Under the pieces are notes generated by a model. It saw nothing but the letters and a program-made list of their open reading frames with translations, was not told where the DNA came from and ran no database searches. A stretch of DNA of 64,000 bases, from positions 3,803-67,802 of IMG/VR virus record IMGVR_UViG_2684623194_000001. One strand, given 5' to 3'. Numbering within the stretch: position 1 is the stretch's first letter; each line of letters begins with the position of its first letter. Below, in pieces: positions 18,775-27,914 of this stretch. Source of the stretch: a virus. Taxonomy: Duplodnaviria; Caudoviricetes. Both the position numbers and the translations under genes were made by a program.

Positions 18775-19305
18775 TTAGCGTGCCTGGCTCGCGCGCAGCT
18801 CATCGAGCATGTCGGCGAAGTTCTTGCGCCGGTCGAGCTTGACGCCCTTGCTCTTGGCGTAGGCGTCGAGACGGGCCTTGTCCTCGGACGCAGCGATCTC
18901 GGTCAGTTCGTCGTCGGGACCATCACGGCCATCGCGAGGAACGACCGGCTTGTTGAACGTCTCGGCGGGGCCGAGCTTGCGATCGATCCCGTCATGGTTC
19001 TCGTCGTCGGGATGGATGTCCGTGCTGCCGAGCTGATGTGGGTAGGTCGTCGGCGTCTCAAGGAAGCCGCCCTCGTTCGGGTTCTCGCTGTGGTCCTTCT
19101 CGCTCTCGGGCACTTCGGGCGCCGGGATCGTCTTGAGGCTCGTGCTGTCGGGAGGCGTGACGGAGCCGTTGGACAGGTCGCCGTCTTCGACCTTGCCCTT
19201 AGGCGAGGTGAAATAGCCCGGGGGAAGGTCTTCACCTTCTTCGAGATAGAAGAGCTTGGCTTCGCCCGTCTTGGAATAGCCGTAGGTCGGGGTGTTCTTG
19301 GTCAT
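18775..19305 (-). CDS. Acidic hypothetical protein after the coat gene
   Basis: 176 aa ORF with RBS; ends in a short GVKLDRRK helical motif. Confidence 0.65.
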   Translation of the reverse strand: MTKNTPTYGYSKTGEAKLFYLEEGEDLPPGYFTSPKGKVEDGDLSNGSVTPPDSTSLKTIPAPEVPESEKDHSENPNEGGFLETPTTYPHQLGSTDIHPDDENHDGIDRKLGPAETFNKPVVPRDGRDGPDDELTEIAASEDKARLDAYAKSKGVKLDRRKNFADMLDELRASQAR

Positions 19306-19328
19306 GATCTCGGTTCCCTGATTGAATG

Positions 19329-19351
19329 AAAAAGGGGAGCCGAAGCTCCCC
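19329..19351 (-). terminator. Intrinsic terminator after the major capsid gene
   Basis: GGGGAGC-TTCG-GCTCCCC followed by TTTTT on the minus strand. Confidence 0.85.
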
Positions 19352-19359
19352 TCATGTCA

Positions 19360-20382
19360 TCAGTTGCTGGCGACGCGAACAGCGAGTTCGGGGCGGATCA
19401 CCTCATCGCCGTAAAGGATATCGAGGCGACATGGAAACGTGTCGTCCGAGATCGAGTAGGCGCGAACGATACGCATGGAGATGCCGTCGAGGACCTGCCG
19501 CGAGGCGAAGTCAACGCCCTTCGGCATGACCAGATCGGCCGTGACGAACGCGAAGGCGTCCTTGTCGAACGCGAGCGAGATGCCCGATGCCGTGCTCGCC
19601 GGACCGGCGAAGGTAACAGCCGCGTTGGCAGCGGGCGCCATCGAGACGTTCTGGCGAGGGCCGGTCGGAACGATCGCGGGCGAGATCGCCAGCGTGCCGG
19701 CGCCGCCCGCATAGTTCGTGGTGACGACGAACTGCTGGAGCAGACCAGTCGAGGTTTTGGTTTCCGGATGGACGCGAAACACGCCTGCGATGGTGAACAC
19801 GTCGCCCTGGTTTACGGCGCCCGTGCCATTGGAGACCACGAGCGAGTTGCCGGTCTGACCAGCGCCGTTGACCTGATAGGCCGCGCCGGCACCGCGCGTA
19901 TGCGCCGGCATGAAGGTGTTTTCCCAGAAGTCGAAGCCAGCGGCTCGACCCATCGAGCCGTCCTTGTACTGCTTCGAAATCTCCTTCTGGTCATTGAACA
20001 GGTTCTTGTTGTCGTTGACGATATCGACGTTGTCCTGCGTGTTCAGGAGCATGTTGAGATCGGGCGACGCGAGGCTATCCACGAGGATCTTGCGGGTGGC
20101 GAGCACCTTGGCGAACGTCGCCGGGGCGCCCTGATTGTTCACCTGCTGGTAGACCTTCTTGTACGACCGATTGATGAGGTCGCCTTCGATGTTGGCCGCG
20201 AGGACCGACATGGCGGGCTTCAGGATGCGGTCGGAGAAGTCGTCCAGCGAGAGCGTCAGCTCGGCCGACGTGAAGTTGAGATCGACGCCCTTCTGTGTGG
20301 CGACGGTCAGCGACACGTTGCTTTCGACGGTGTCCTGCGTGTTCAGGATGCGGCCGGTTCGCACAGTGTATTGATTGGGGAG
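19360..20382 (-). CDS. P22-type major capsid protein, exon 2 (340 codons, begins LPNQYTVRTGR)
   Basis: In frame with the 19360..20364 ORF; motifs QKGVDLNFTSAEL and CRLDILYG...RPELAVR. Confidence 0.9.
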   Translation of the reverse strand, partial: LPNQYTVRTGRILNTQDTVESNVSLTVATQKGVDLNFTSAELTLSLDDFSDRILKPAMSVLAANIEGDLINRSYKKVYQQVNNQGAPATFAKVLATRKILVDSLASPDLNMLLNTQDNVDIVNDNKNLFNDQKEISKQYKDGSMGRAAGFDFWENTFMPAHTRGAGAAYQVNGAGQTGNSLVVSNGTGAVNQGDVFTIAGVFRVHPETKTSTGLLQQFVVTTNYAGGAGTLAISPAIVPTGPRQNVSMAPAANAAVTFAGPASTASGISLAFDKDAFAFVTADLVMPKGVDFASRQVLDGISMRIVRAYSISDDTFPCRLDILYGDEVIRPELAVRVASN

Positions 20383-21230
20383 CCATATGTTCCAAAGGGC
20401 TCGCTAGTTCCCTTTGCGCCCTTCCGGGCAGCTTAACCTTTCGGCTAAGAGCAGGTCATCTCATGAACTGGCCGAAGCCAGTCCCGACGCGCTTCCCCCC
20501 GCTTGGGGGTACGGGCTTGCGCCCTGACCGTCACACGTTCTTTGAATGCGGGCAGATCCCATTGTTCCGCATCTTCCCAGTCTGGCAGTTCATGCACAAG
20601 ATCTGGAAACCTGCGGGAAAGCCCTGGCGCTTCAGCCATACATACATGCTGTAGCCGCCGTTGACCTTTGGGATCTCCTTGCGATGCAAATTCCCATCGT
20701 TATTGACGTGGTCAATTGACAGGAACAATGGTTCAGTTTCGCCGCAGCAATTGCAGACCGGGCCACCATAAGCAGCGTAGGTCTCGCCTTTCAAGGTGCT
20801 CATACGGAAGTCTTTCTTAGCCTTGATATCGGCCTTGTAGACCGCGATCTCGGCTTCTGACATCTTCGCGAAGCGCCGTTCGTCACTCTTTTTCTGATAG
20901 AGGCGATGCTTCTCGCGGAGTTCCGCAATTTGCTCTGGCGTTCCAGTGTCTCGGGTTTTCACCCAAGTGGTTGGAGGATTAGTCCTCGCCCGCCAGTCTT
21001 TAGTCTTTGCTGCATTGCAGGGCTTGCACAGCCAAGGCTTGCCCTGAACCATCATTTTGGCCGGGACCTTATCCCCGCACCGTTTGCACGCAATCAAAGC
21101 TTCGCTCGGTATTGCCATGTCATTCCCTGCGAGGTGATACCCTTAAAATCTATCGCAGAGAAGCTTACGGTGTCCACCGAATTCACGTCGTTCTTCACTG
21201 CCGTGTCGCCACGGCAGGCCGCCTAAATTA
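20383..21230 (-). ncRNA. Group I self-splicing intron (848 nt, IA-like with P7.1/P7.2) in the major capsid gene
   Basis: 5' exon ends in U with a U-G wobble in P1 (CCGU/GCGG) and the intron ends in G. P2 CUGCCGUG-GCGA-CACGGCAG; P3 CGACGUG/CGCGUCG; P4 UCGGU/ACCGA; P7 A-C-GGUCA/UGACC-U; P8 with UUCG loop; P9 with GAAA loop. Removal restores the reading frame. Confidence 0.92.
20531..21118 (-). CDS. Intron-encoded HNH homing endonuclease (zinc-binding)
   Basis: N-terminal CxxC...CxxC; C-terminal CNCCGE...LSIDHVNNDG...ILCMNC. Confidence 0.8.
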   Translation of the reverse strand: MAIPSEALIACKRCGDKVPAKMMVQGKPWLCKPCNAAKTKDWRARTNPPTTWVKTRDTGTPEQIAELREKHRLYQKKSDERRFAKMSEAEIAVYKADIKAKKDFRMSTLKGETYAAYGGPVCNCCGETEPLFLSIDHVNNDGNLHRKEIPKVNGGYSMYVWLKRQGFPAGFQILCMNCQTGKMRNNGICPHSKNV

Positions 21231-21383
21231 ACGGATCTTCAGCGTGTCGCCGATCTTCGCGCCGTCCTTGGCGAAGCTGTTGTCATAGGTCCGGTTGATG
21301 GCTCCGATGAAGTTCAGCCGCTGGTGGAGGATACGCAAAGCCTCGCGCGTGATCGCCGTCGAGGTCAGGAGAGTGTTTGCCAC
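21231..21383 (-). CDS. P22-type major capsid protein, exon 1 (51 codons, GTG start)
   Basis: Read manually: MANTLLTSTAITREALRILHQRLNFIGAINRTYDNSFAKDGAKIGDTLKIR; RBS AAGGA; followed directly by TAA at the intron start. Confidence 0.9.
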
Positions 21384-21437
21384 TGGTGGTGTCCTTGATC
21401 ATCCTCACGCCGCCCTGGGCTGTCGAGGATCGTTGGG

Positions 21438-22433
21438 TTAGCGCCCGCGCTTGCGGACTTGTTCGTTGCGACGGCGCGCCCATTCGTCGGCAGACAGTCG
21501 ATCATCCAGACCTGTCGGCGCGGGCGAAGTGTTGCCTCGCGGGACAGTGGTGAGGGGAGCGACGGCTTCCTGCTGTCGTGCCTTTGCGGCGCGATCTGCT
21601 GCCTTTGCCATGGCCTTGTCGTAGCTCATGGCCTTGTGGAGCAGAATGAATGCTCGCGGGTCGCCGACTGCGTTCACGAGCTCGTCCTGGGAGTAGCCGC
21701 TCACGTTCATGGCGTAAGAGCTGACCTCCGTTGCGACCTCTTGGTTCCAGCCGGGTACTTTGCTCGTCAGGACCTTCATGGTTTCCTCGGCGCGCTTGGC
21801 GATCTCCGCTCGGGAAGACTGCTGCGCTTCGAGAGTGCGGCGCTGATGGTCCTGCTGTGCCTGCTGCTGCTTGTGATGGAGTTCGCCCGCCAGATTGTTG
21901 CGGGCCTTCTCCAACTGGTGATATTCCCGCCACGCGGCGTTCGCGGCGAACGGGTCCTGCTTCTCGTAGGCTGCCCAATCAACCTGCTCATACTGAGCGA
22001 GCTGATCGTTGAGGTTCACGAGGCGCGCGAAATCCTGAATGTTCGCGTGCTGCATCTCGGCTTGCTGGGTCATCATCTGACGCTGCTGTTCGACAGCGGC
22101 CTGATGGGTTTCCAGTTCCTTGCGTGCGGCGGCGACTTCCTGGGTCTTGCGCGTATAGTCGGCCTGCATCATCAGCTCGCCCTTGAGGGCGGCCGGGATG
22201 CGGTATTTCTTGCCGTTCCGTTCGATCTCTTCGAACTCGTCGGCGTTCTCATCACCCGGCTTAGGAGCCTCGGCTTCAAGGTCGAGGTCTAGCTCGGGCT
22301 CTCCTTCGTCACCTTCCGGCGCGAGATCGTCGTTCTGCTGCTCGGCAGTGTCACTTGCCGTGGCGTCAAAGCCATCATCCGGTGTGATATAGTCGAGCGA
22401 AGGTGCGGCTTCTGCGCCGTTGGTGTCGGACAT
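21438..22433 (-). CDS. Scaffolding protein
   Basis: Acidic N-terminus, MMQADYTRKTQEVA motif, coiled coil; lies between portal and coat. Confidence 0.85.
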   Translation of the reverse strand: MSDTNGAEAAPSLDYITPDDGFDATASDTAEQQNDDLAPEGDEGEPELDLDLEAEAPKPGDENADEFEEIERNGKKYRIPAALKGELMMQADYTRKTQEVAAARKELETHQAAVEQQRQMMTQQAEMQHANIQDFARLVNLNDQLAQYEQVDWAAYEKQDPFAANAAWREYHQLEKARNNLAGELHHKQQQAQQDHQRRTLEAQQSSRAEIAKRAEETMKVLTSKVPGWNQEVATEVSSYAMNVSGYSQDELVNAVGDPRAFILLHKAMSYDKAMAKAADRAAKARQQEAVAPLTTVPRGNTSPAPTGLDDRLSADEWARRRNEQVRKRGR

Positions 22434-22518
22434 GTGGTCGAACTCCTAGAAGGTTGGTTCGGTGTTTAGGGATGGACGCCTATTCGCTGGCGTCGTGCGA
22501 CAGGCCCTTGAGCCGTGT

Positions 22519-24765
22519 TCAGTAGCCGCGCATCCGGCGCGGGAGCGGGGGCAAAGAGCCGTCCATCGGCATCTGCACTGCCTCAGGCAGACGCAGTTCC
22601 TTGATGGCCTTCGCGGCATTCAGATCAGCGGCGGAGCGCTCTTTCTCCGCCGTCGCGTGAAGCTTGTCGGCCTCGGCCGCAGCGACGATGCCTTCCCAGT
22701 CTCCATTCGGGCCGGGCGCGTCGGTGACATTCGCGCCGCCGTCTGCCTGGATTTTGCCGAGAGCCGACAGACGCTTGGTGAAGGCCTCGTACTGCTTCAC
22801 GCTGACGTTCGCCATGTCGGCGGTGTTGTCGCCTTCCAGCTTGCCGATATAGGCCAGCATCTGCTGGATCATGGTCTTGGACTGCTCCAACTGAGCGCCC
22901 ATGGACTGGATCTGCTGCTGGGCTTCGGGAGGCAGCCCGCCATTGAGCGGAGCCGGAAGCATCGCCTTCAGCCGCTCGGCGATCTCTTCCGCACCCTGCC
23001 AGTCGAGGTTCTTGACGAGGAGATCGCCGGCCAGTGGGATAATCTGCGGAAACGCCCGCATCATCTCCGTCATCTGGACGGCGGTTTCCTCGCGCTTCGT
23101 CGTGTAGCTCGGGCCGGTCGTGACGGTGAGGTCGTACTTGCCCTGAGCGAGATCGAACGTCTTGATCTGCGGCGCCTGAGACTGTCCGGGCATTACCTGA
23201 CCCACACCCTGCATCGGCTCTCCGTTTGGCCCCTGCTCCATCACCTGAGGCATTCCCTGGCCCATTTGGACGGGCACGGGGCGCATCAAAGGCACGTTCG
23301 ACGGAACCCCGTCCTCGCCCATGACGCGAATGATCCGCTCGGAATTGTAGACCTTCGGAATGAGGTCGATCAGGATGCGGCCGGTGTGGCGGATTGCCCG
23401 GCTCATGTTGTCTTGAAAGTGGAAGGTCGAGGTGTCGCTCTCGCGCTGGCGAGCGAGGATCGCGCGACCGCTCGTCTCGTTGCCCTGAGAGCCCATGCCA
23501 GCGTCGAAGATGCCGATGGTGGCCTTGATGTCGTCTGAGGCGTTCATCGCCTCCTGAAGGGCTCCTGCTGCCGCTCCCGTGTCGAGAGGCTGGCGCTGGG
23601 GCGGGCCGCCCGCGGTGATGTCGAACTCAAGATACGGATGGTTCTCGCTGTTCGCGGTCGCCCAGCGCCGGCCATCCGACTTGAATGCGCCCTTAGGTCC
23701 GATCCACGGCGTCTTAGGCGCGAGGGCCACGAGTTCCGTCGCCTTCGACCGCCAGTAGTTGAACATGCGCTGCGGGTCTTTGGCGTCTCGGATAAGAGAC
23801 CGCAGATGCCGCTTGCGCTTGTCGTCAATCACCTCGTCGCCGTAGACGGGAATGATCGGAATGTACCGGCCCGGCCATTTGTCCGTCTTGATGACGCCGC
23901 CGCCGTTCAGGATGTGCCGGCTGACCTTGTGAGACCGCGTCTCGCGCTCGGCCTTAACGGTGATGCCCTCAAGCTCGAAGAGAAGGAGCTGAGGGACCAT
24001 GTAGCCGTTGAACTCGACTTCCTTCTCGGCCTCATCCTTGTCGATGATGACGCCGTTTGAAAGCTGGAGAACCTTACGGCGAACCTCCTCGCGGCGCCAC
24101 CATTTGGCAATCATCACTTTGCCGTCGCTGGCCCAATTCGCATTGTCTCCAGACCAGTTCGTCGGGTCCTCGTCGGGGTACTGGTCCTTGAACTCGTCTT
24201 CCGTCAGCCATTCCGTCTCGAAGGCGCTGTTCCAGTTCGCGCTATCGGCATCCATGCAGGACGGGTCGCCGTAGATGGAGAACGGGTCCGACACGCGCTC
24301 AATCGACAGGTCGAGGTCGAACGTGTCGTCATAAGCGTAGTCGAGATCGACCTTCAGATAGCCCCAGCCCATCGAGACGGCGCATTCGGTGGCCGTATCG
24401 TAGGCCACGTCAGCGTTCGAGGTGTACTCGATGTTGCGGATCAGGCCGTTGATGATGTGCGCCGTGGCGACATCGGCCTTGTCGTCGGCCGGGTGAACCT
24501 TGATCGACGGCTTGTTCTGCCGCGCGTCGTTGACGACCTGGCGAATGAATGCCGGGAGGCGGTTGATGGTCAGCATCGGACGCCCGTCCGTCTGATACTG
24601 TTTTGCGATCTGGTCGGGCCACTGCTCACCCAAACGCGAGAACCGAAGATCCTCGGCCGCAAGAGCGCGGTTGTCGGCTTCCGCCTCGTGAGCGGCTTCA
24701 AACGCTTCCTTGGCTTCCGCTAGCAGGTCGTGCTTTTCGCCTTTGGAGGTGGTGTCTTCGGCCAT
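22519..24765 (-). CDS. P22-like portal protein
   Basis: GEQWP, LTINRLP, DPQRMFNYW, NETSGRAILARQ and GPSYTTKREE motifs; start MAEDT coupled to the terminase stop. Confidence 0.92.
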   Translation of the reverse strand: MAEDTTSKGEKHDLLAEAKEAFEAAHEAEADNRALAAEDLRFSRLGEQWPDQIAKQYQTDGRPMLTINRLPAFIRQVVNDARQNKPSIKVHPADDKADVATAHIINGLIRNIEYTSNADVAYDTATECAVSMGWGYLKVDLDYAYDDTFDLDLSIERVSDPFSIYGDPSCMDADSANWNSAFETEWLTEDEFKDQYPDEDPTNWSGDNANWASDGKVMIAKWWRREEVRRKVLQLSNGVIIDKDEAEKEVEFNGYMVPQLLLFELEGITVKAERETRSHKVSRHILNGGGVIKTDKWPGRYIPIIPVYGDEVIDDKRKRHLRSLIRDAKDPQRMFNYWRSKATELVALAPKTPWIGPKGAFKSDGRRWATANSENHPYLEFDITAGGPPQRQPLDTGAAAGALQEAMNASDDIKATIGIFDAGMGSQGNETSGRAILARQRESDTSTFHFQDNMSRAIRHTGRILIDLIPKVYNSERIIRVMGEDGVPSNVPLMRPVPVQMGQGMPQVMEQGPNGEPMQGVGQVMPGQSQAPQIKTFDLAQGKYDLTVTTGPSYTTKREETAVQMTEMMRAFPQIIPLAGDLLVKNLDWQGAEEIAERLKAMLPAPLNGGLPPEAQQQIQSMGAQLEQSKTMIQQMLAYIGKLEGDNTADMANVSVKQYEAFTKRLSALGKIQADGGANVTDAPGPNGDWEGIVAAAEADKLHATAEKERSAADLNAAKAIKELRLPEAVQMPMDGSLPPLPRRMRGY

Positions 24766-26321
24766 CAGCCCATCCATGAGTGAGCAAACGAAGCGCGATG
24801 ATCCTTCACCGGCTCCGCCCACTTCTGTTCGACAGGCTGCGCGAAGGTGAGAACAACCGCGTCCCATTCGTCGGGGGAGCGAACCCCTCGGGCTCGCATA
24901 TGCTCTTTGCTCTCGATCAGAAGGCGCTGGTTCGTATCGTAGTGATACCCAGGCGCGCAGGCATCGGCTTGCAAGCTGTCGTCGTCAGGGATGTCCACGC
25001 CAGCCGGCTCTTCAAGCCAATCTCGTGAACGCTCCCACATTTCCGCCCGCCGGTTCTTTGGGCCGGGCCGCTTGGAGCCATCGGCCATGAACTTGATCGG
25101 CTCCTGCGGCTCGCCTGCGAAGTTGATGGCGATGCAGATTTCCGAATACGGTTCGCCGTAGCTCTTCAGGATGTCGTAGGTGCCGGCACCCAAGCCGCCC
25201 ACGTCGATGAAAACCGCGTCGGGCTTGTCGGCGTCGATCACCTGCTTGATCCAGTTCGCACCGGCCACGATGTCCAGCTTGGTCTTGCTCTCGCGCTTGA
25301 TGATCTTCCGACCGCGACGCCATGCCAACGAGAACCGATCATCGCCAAAACGAGCCGGGTCAGCGCCAATGACGAGAGGCCCGACCCCTTCGCATTCCAG
25401 CTTTCGAGCCCGCAGAATGGCCTCCGGCTTGATGAAGCTGTCGTGACCGGTCATCTGGAAAGCTTCGTCCGCAGTCGCCGGGTACTCCTGTTTGAACAGC
25501 AGCGGGTCTTTCAGTTCCGCCATCTTGTTCCGCCGCCATGCCATCTGTTCGAGGTCGAGGCCGTGTGCGTACCTATAGGCTTCGTCCTCATCGGTCAGAA
25601 TGAAGCCCTCTGGTACGGCACGGCGATATTCCGGTTGCCAGAACCACGGCATGAAAACCGGGATGTAGTCTCCGATTGCCTGCTCGGCCTGCTGCCAGCG
25701 AGCGTGAAACTCGCCGCCAACGCCGTTCGCCGTGCTCTCTAGAATGATCTCCGTCCCGGGCAGATCAGGGATGGCCTGAACGACACCGGCGAAGTGAGTC
25801 TGCGCATTAGGCCAGAAGGCGACTTCCGACCCGTGGAAGAGCTGCACCGTCTGAGAACGGCCTACCGCCTTTGCGCCTGCCGTGCCGACCGCGTAGCCGC
25901 TTCCCAGCCGGTCGAAGTAGAGTTCCTTCGCGTTCGACGCCGAGGTGGAGGGCTTCACCAGATCGGGGCAGTGCTGGTGATAGCGATCCACCATGCCGAA
26001 GAGGTTGTTGGTCGCGTCCTGCTCGTGCGTGAGGATGAAGCACCTCTGGCCGCGCGAATGCGTCACCCGATGATAGAAGCGACCGCCAACATAGGTAGAG
26101 ACGCCTTGCTGCCGTCCCTTAAGGACGAGAGCGCGAACCTTGCCCGTCTCCGCCCTCTGCTGCTCTAGGCGCTCGTGGAGATATGTCTGCGCCCGGTTGA
26201 GAGTGAGCGGCACGATAGCGCCGGATTTCGATCGAATACGAAGGCACTTGCCGGCATAGTGGAGGAAATCGTCTCGAAGGCGAACCCGGATGGCCCGCTC
26301 TCGATCGCTCATCGTGCTCAT
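24765..26321 (-). CDS. terL: Terminase large subunit
   Basis: LKGRQQGVST Walker A, HGSEVAFW, ILESTANG, nuclease motifs GADPARFGDD and SPDEWDA. Confidence 0.93.
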   Translation of the reverse strand: MSTMSDRERAIRVRLRDDFLHYAGKCLRIRSKSGAIVPLTLNRAQTYLHERLEQQRAETGKVRALVLKGRQQGVSTYVGGRFYHRVTHSRGQRCFILTHEQDATNNLFGMVDRYHQHCPDLVKPSTSASNAKELYFDRLGSGYAVGTAGAKAVGRSQTVQLFHGSEVAFWPNAQTHFAGVVQAIPDLPGTEIILESTANGVGGEFHARWQQAEQAIGDYIPVFMPWFWQPEYRRAVPEGFILTDEDEAYRYAHGLDLEQMAWRRNKMAELKDPLLFKQEYPATADEAFQMTGHDSFIKPEAILRARKLECEGVGPLVIGADPARFGDDRFSLAWRRGRKIIKRESKTKLDIVAGANWIKQVIDADKPDAVFIDVGGLGAGTYDILKSYGEPYSEICIAINFAGEPQEPIKFMADGSKRPGPKNRRAEMWERSRDWLEEPAGVDIPDDDSLQADACAPGYHYDTNQRLLIESKEHMRARGVRSPDEWDAVVLTFAQPVEQKWAEPVKDHRASFAHSWMG

Positions 26322-26590
26322 TCGAGACCTGCCAGCGCGTCCTCATGCGAGACTGTGACATTGGCCGTCATCTCGACAGAGGCCAGTTTTGAGTGGACAT
26401 ACGGCGCGGCCTTCTCGGCGGCCCACATCCTGTTGTCCTCTGTCTGCCGTTCGTCGCGTAGGATCGACAGCATATAATCAAGCGGCATTAGCCCCGCAGC
26501 TTCCGCAGCAGCGACGCGCTCTGCGTTCTTCCTGTTTAGGGTCCCCTTCTGTCGCCCCCCGCGACGCTCCCCCGGCTTTGATCCGGCCAT
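26318..26590 (-). CDS. terS: Terminase small subunit
   Basis: GGRQKGTLNR and AAEKAAPYVHSKL motifs; coupled to terL. Confidence 0.75.
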   Translation of the reverse strand: MAGSKPGERRGGRQKGTLNRKNAERVAAAEAAGLMPLDYMLSILRDERQTEDNRMWAAEKAAPYVHSKLASVEMTANVTVSHEDALAGLE

Positions 26591-26608
26591 TGGCTATCTC
26601 TGGCTACT

Positions 26609-26806
26609 TTAGCCAGCCTCTGGCTCGCGGTTCTGCACGGCAGGGTCAACCCGTACGGCGTTCCACGAGCCTGGGGCAAAGACGGCGATGATACCGTCCC
26701 ACCCCGTGATGACGAGATGCCCGTCTTCAACCGTTGCAGTCCGGCACGGAATAGACCCGAACGGCCCAACGTGGCTTGTGACTGTGGCCCTGTAATCGTT
26801 CTGCAT
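26609..26806 (-). CDS. Small hypothetical protein
   Basis: 65 aa ORF in the late-operon orientation with RBS. Confidence 0.5.
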   Translation of the reverse strand: MQNDYRATVTSHVGPFGSIPCRTATVEDGHLVITGWDGIIAVFAPGSWNAVRVDPAVQNREPEAG

Positions 26807-26842
26807 GGCAGTTCCCTTCGGATTGTTGCCGGCTTCGGTGTG

Positions 26843-27403
26843 TCAGTAGCGATTGCCGTATTGAGCGGCGATGCGCTGCTCTTTGGTCGGGGCAACGGAT
26901 GTCAGCGGGCCAGAGCCAAGCAAGAGCGCGGTCGGGTCCATCGCCTGCCCTAACTGAGCAGCTGAGGTGATGCCGGCGAGAAGCGGGTTGACGGCAGGTG
27001 CGGTTGCGGAGCCGGCGTAGAGAAGCGCATTGGCCGCTTTATCGTCGGTCGGAATGGAGCCATAGTCGGAGAACACGAACGGCATCTGATTGATGCCCTG
27101 CGTCGCTGCTTGGGCCTGCTTGCGGTAGCTGTCCCAGTTGTCTGCGCCGTTGCCGTACATGGAGGGCATCGCTGCGGCGGCAGGAGCCTGTGCTGGCTGA
27201 GCGGCGGGTTGCTCGGGCTCTCTGCCCCAGACCCATCCTGCATCCTTGCCAAACGTCGCATAGTGGATCTGCGCCGTGTTCGGACCGTACTGCTCTACTG
27301 CTGCACCAACCTCAGGGTAGCGCTTCAAGTACGCGATGGCGTCGGGGTCGGTGATGCCCTTAGCGGCGAAGTAGGCGTCGCGAGGATCAACGGCGTTGCT
27401 CAT
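26843..27403 (-). CDS. Hypothetical protein with a YLKRYPEV...HYATFGK motif
   Basis: 186 aa; motif resembles the repeats of 14231..15034. Confidence 0.65.
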   Translation of the reverse strand: MSNAVDPRDAYFAAKGITDPDAIAYLKRYPEVGAAVEQYGPNTAQIHYATFGKDAGWVWGREPEQPAAQPAQAPAAAAMPSMYGNGADNWDSYRKQAQAATQGINQMPFVFSDYGSIPTDDKAANALLYAGSATAPAVNPLLAGITSAAQLGQAMDPTALLLGSGPLTSVAPTKEQRIAAQYGNRY

Positions 27404-27585
27404 CGAAAACCCTCATCGAGAACATTGATTGACCATCCAGATTTGCGCTTGGCATCTTGCGGACAGGCAGCGCTTGACCTTGTCCAAGCTGGCGAAGTGC
27501 TATTGGGCACCGGCTTGGGAGGCATCGTGGACCATGACGGCGGGTCGTCGCCGGAGACAAGGATAGCCTGTCGCCCGAATGATTT

Positions 27586-27897
27586 TCAGGAAGGGACGCG
27601 CATCTCAGACAGAGAATAACTCTTAATGGACCGTTCGAGCATCGGGACCCCGCTCAGTGCTTTTCGCTCCGGAAGGGGTGCCCACTTCTGCACATATGGC
27701 TCGTGATAGTTCGCGCCATTCTCGTTTGCCCACCAGCAATCAGGCTGAGAAGGATGTCCTTCGAACCTGCTAGGCCAGCCCTTCTGCCACGATAGGATAT
27801 GATAGGTCGACTGATCGTCCATGTAGGGCGACGCCACCAAAGCGAGGATCTGAGTACCGTCGCGCGGGGCCGTTTCAATTGGCTGCCATTCCATCAT
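27586..27897 (-). CDS. DUF551-like protein
   Basis: WQPIETAPRDG N-terminus and WAPLP C-terminus. Confidence 0.7.
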   Translation of the reverse strand: MMEWQPIETAPRDGTQILALVASPYMDDQSTYHILSWQKGWPSRFEGHPSQPDCWWANENGANYHEPYVQKWAPLPERKALSGVPMLERSIKSYSLSEMRVPS

Positions 27898-27914
27898 GAC
27901 ATTCTCACCTTCTG

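Noticed and set aside
19360-20364. Truncated or pseudogenised capsid gene, as the ORF track suggests
   Set aside because: The missing N-terminus is present upstream and is rejoined in frame by removing a group I intron.
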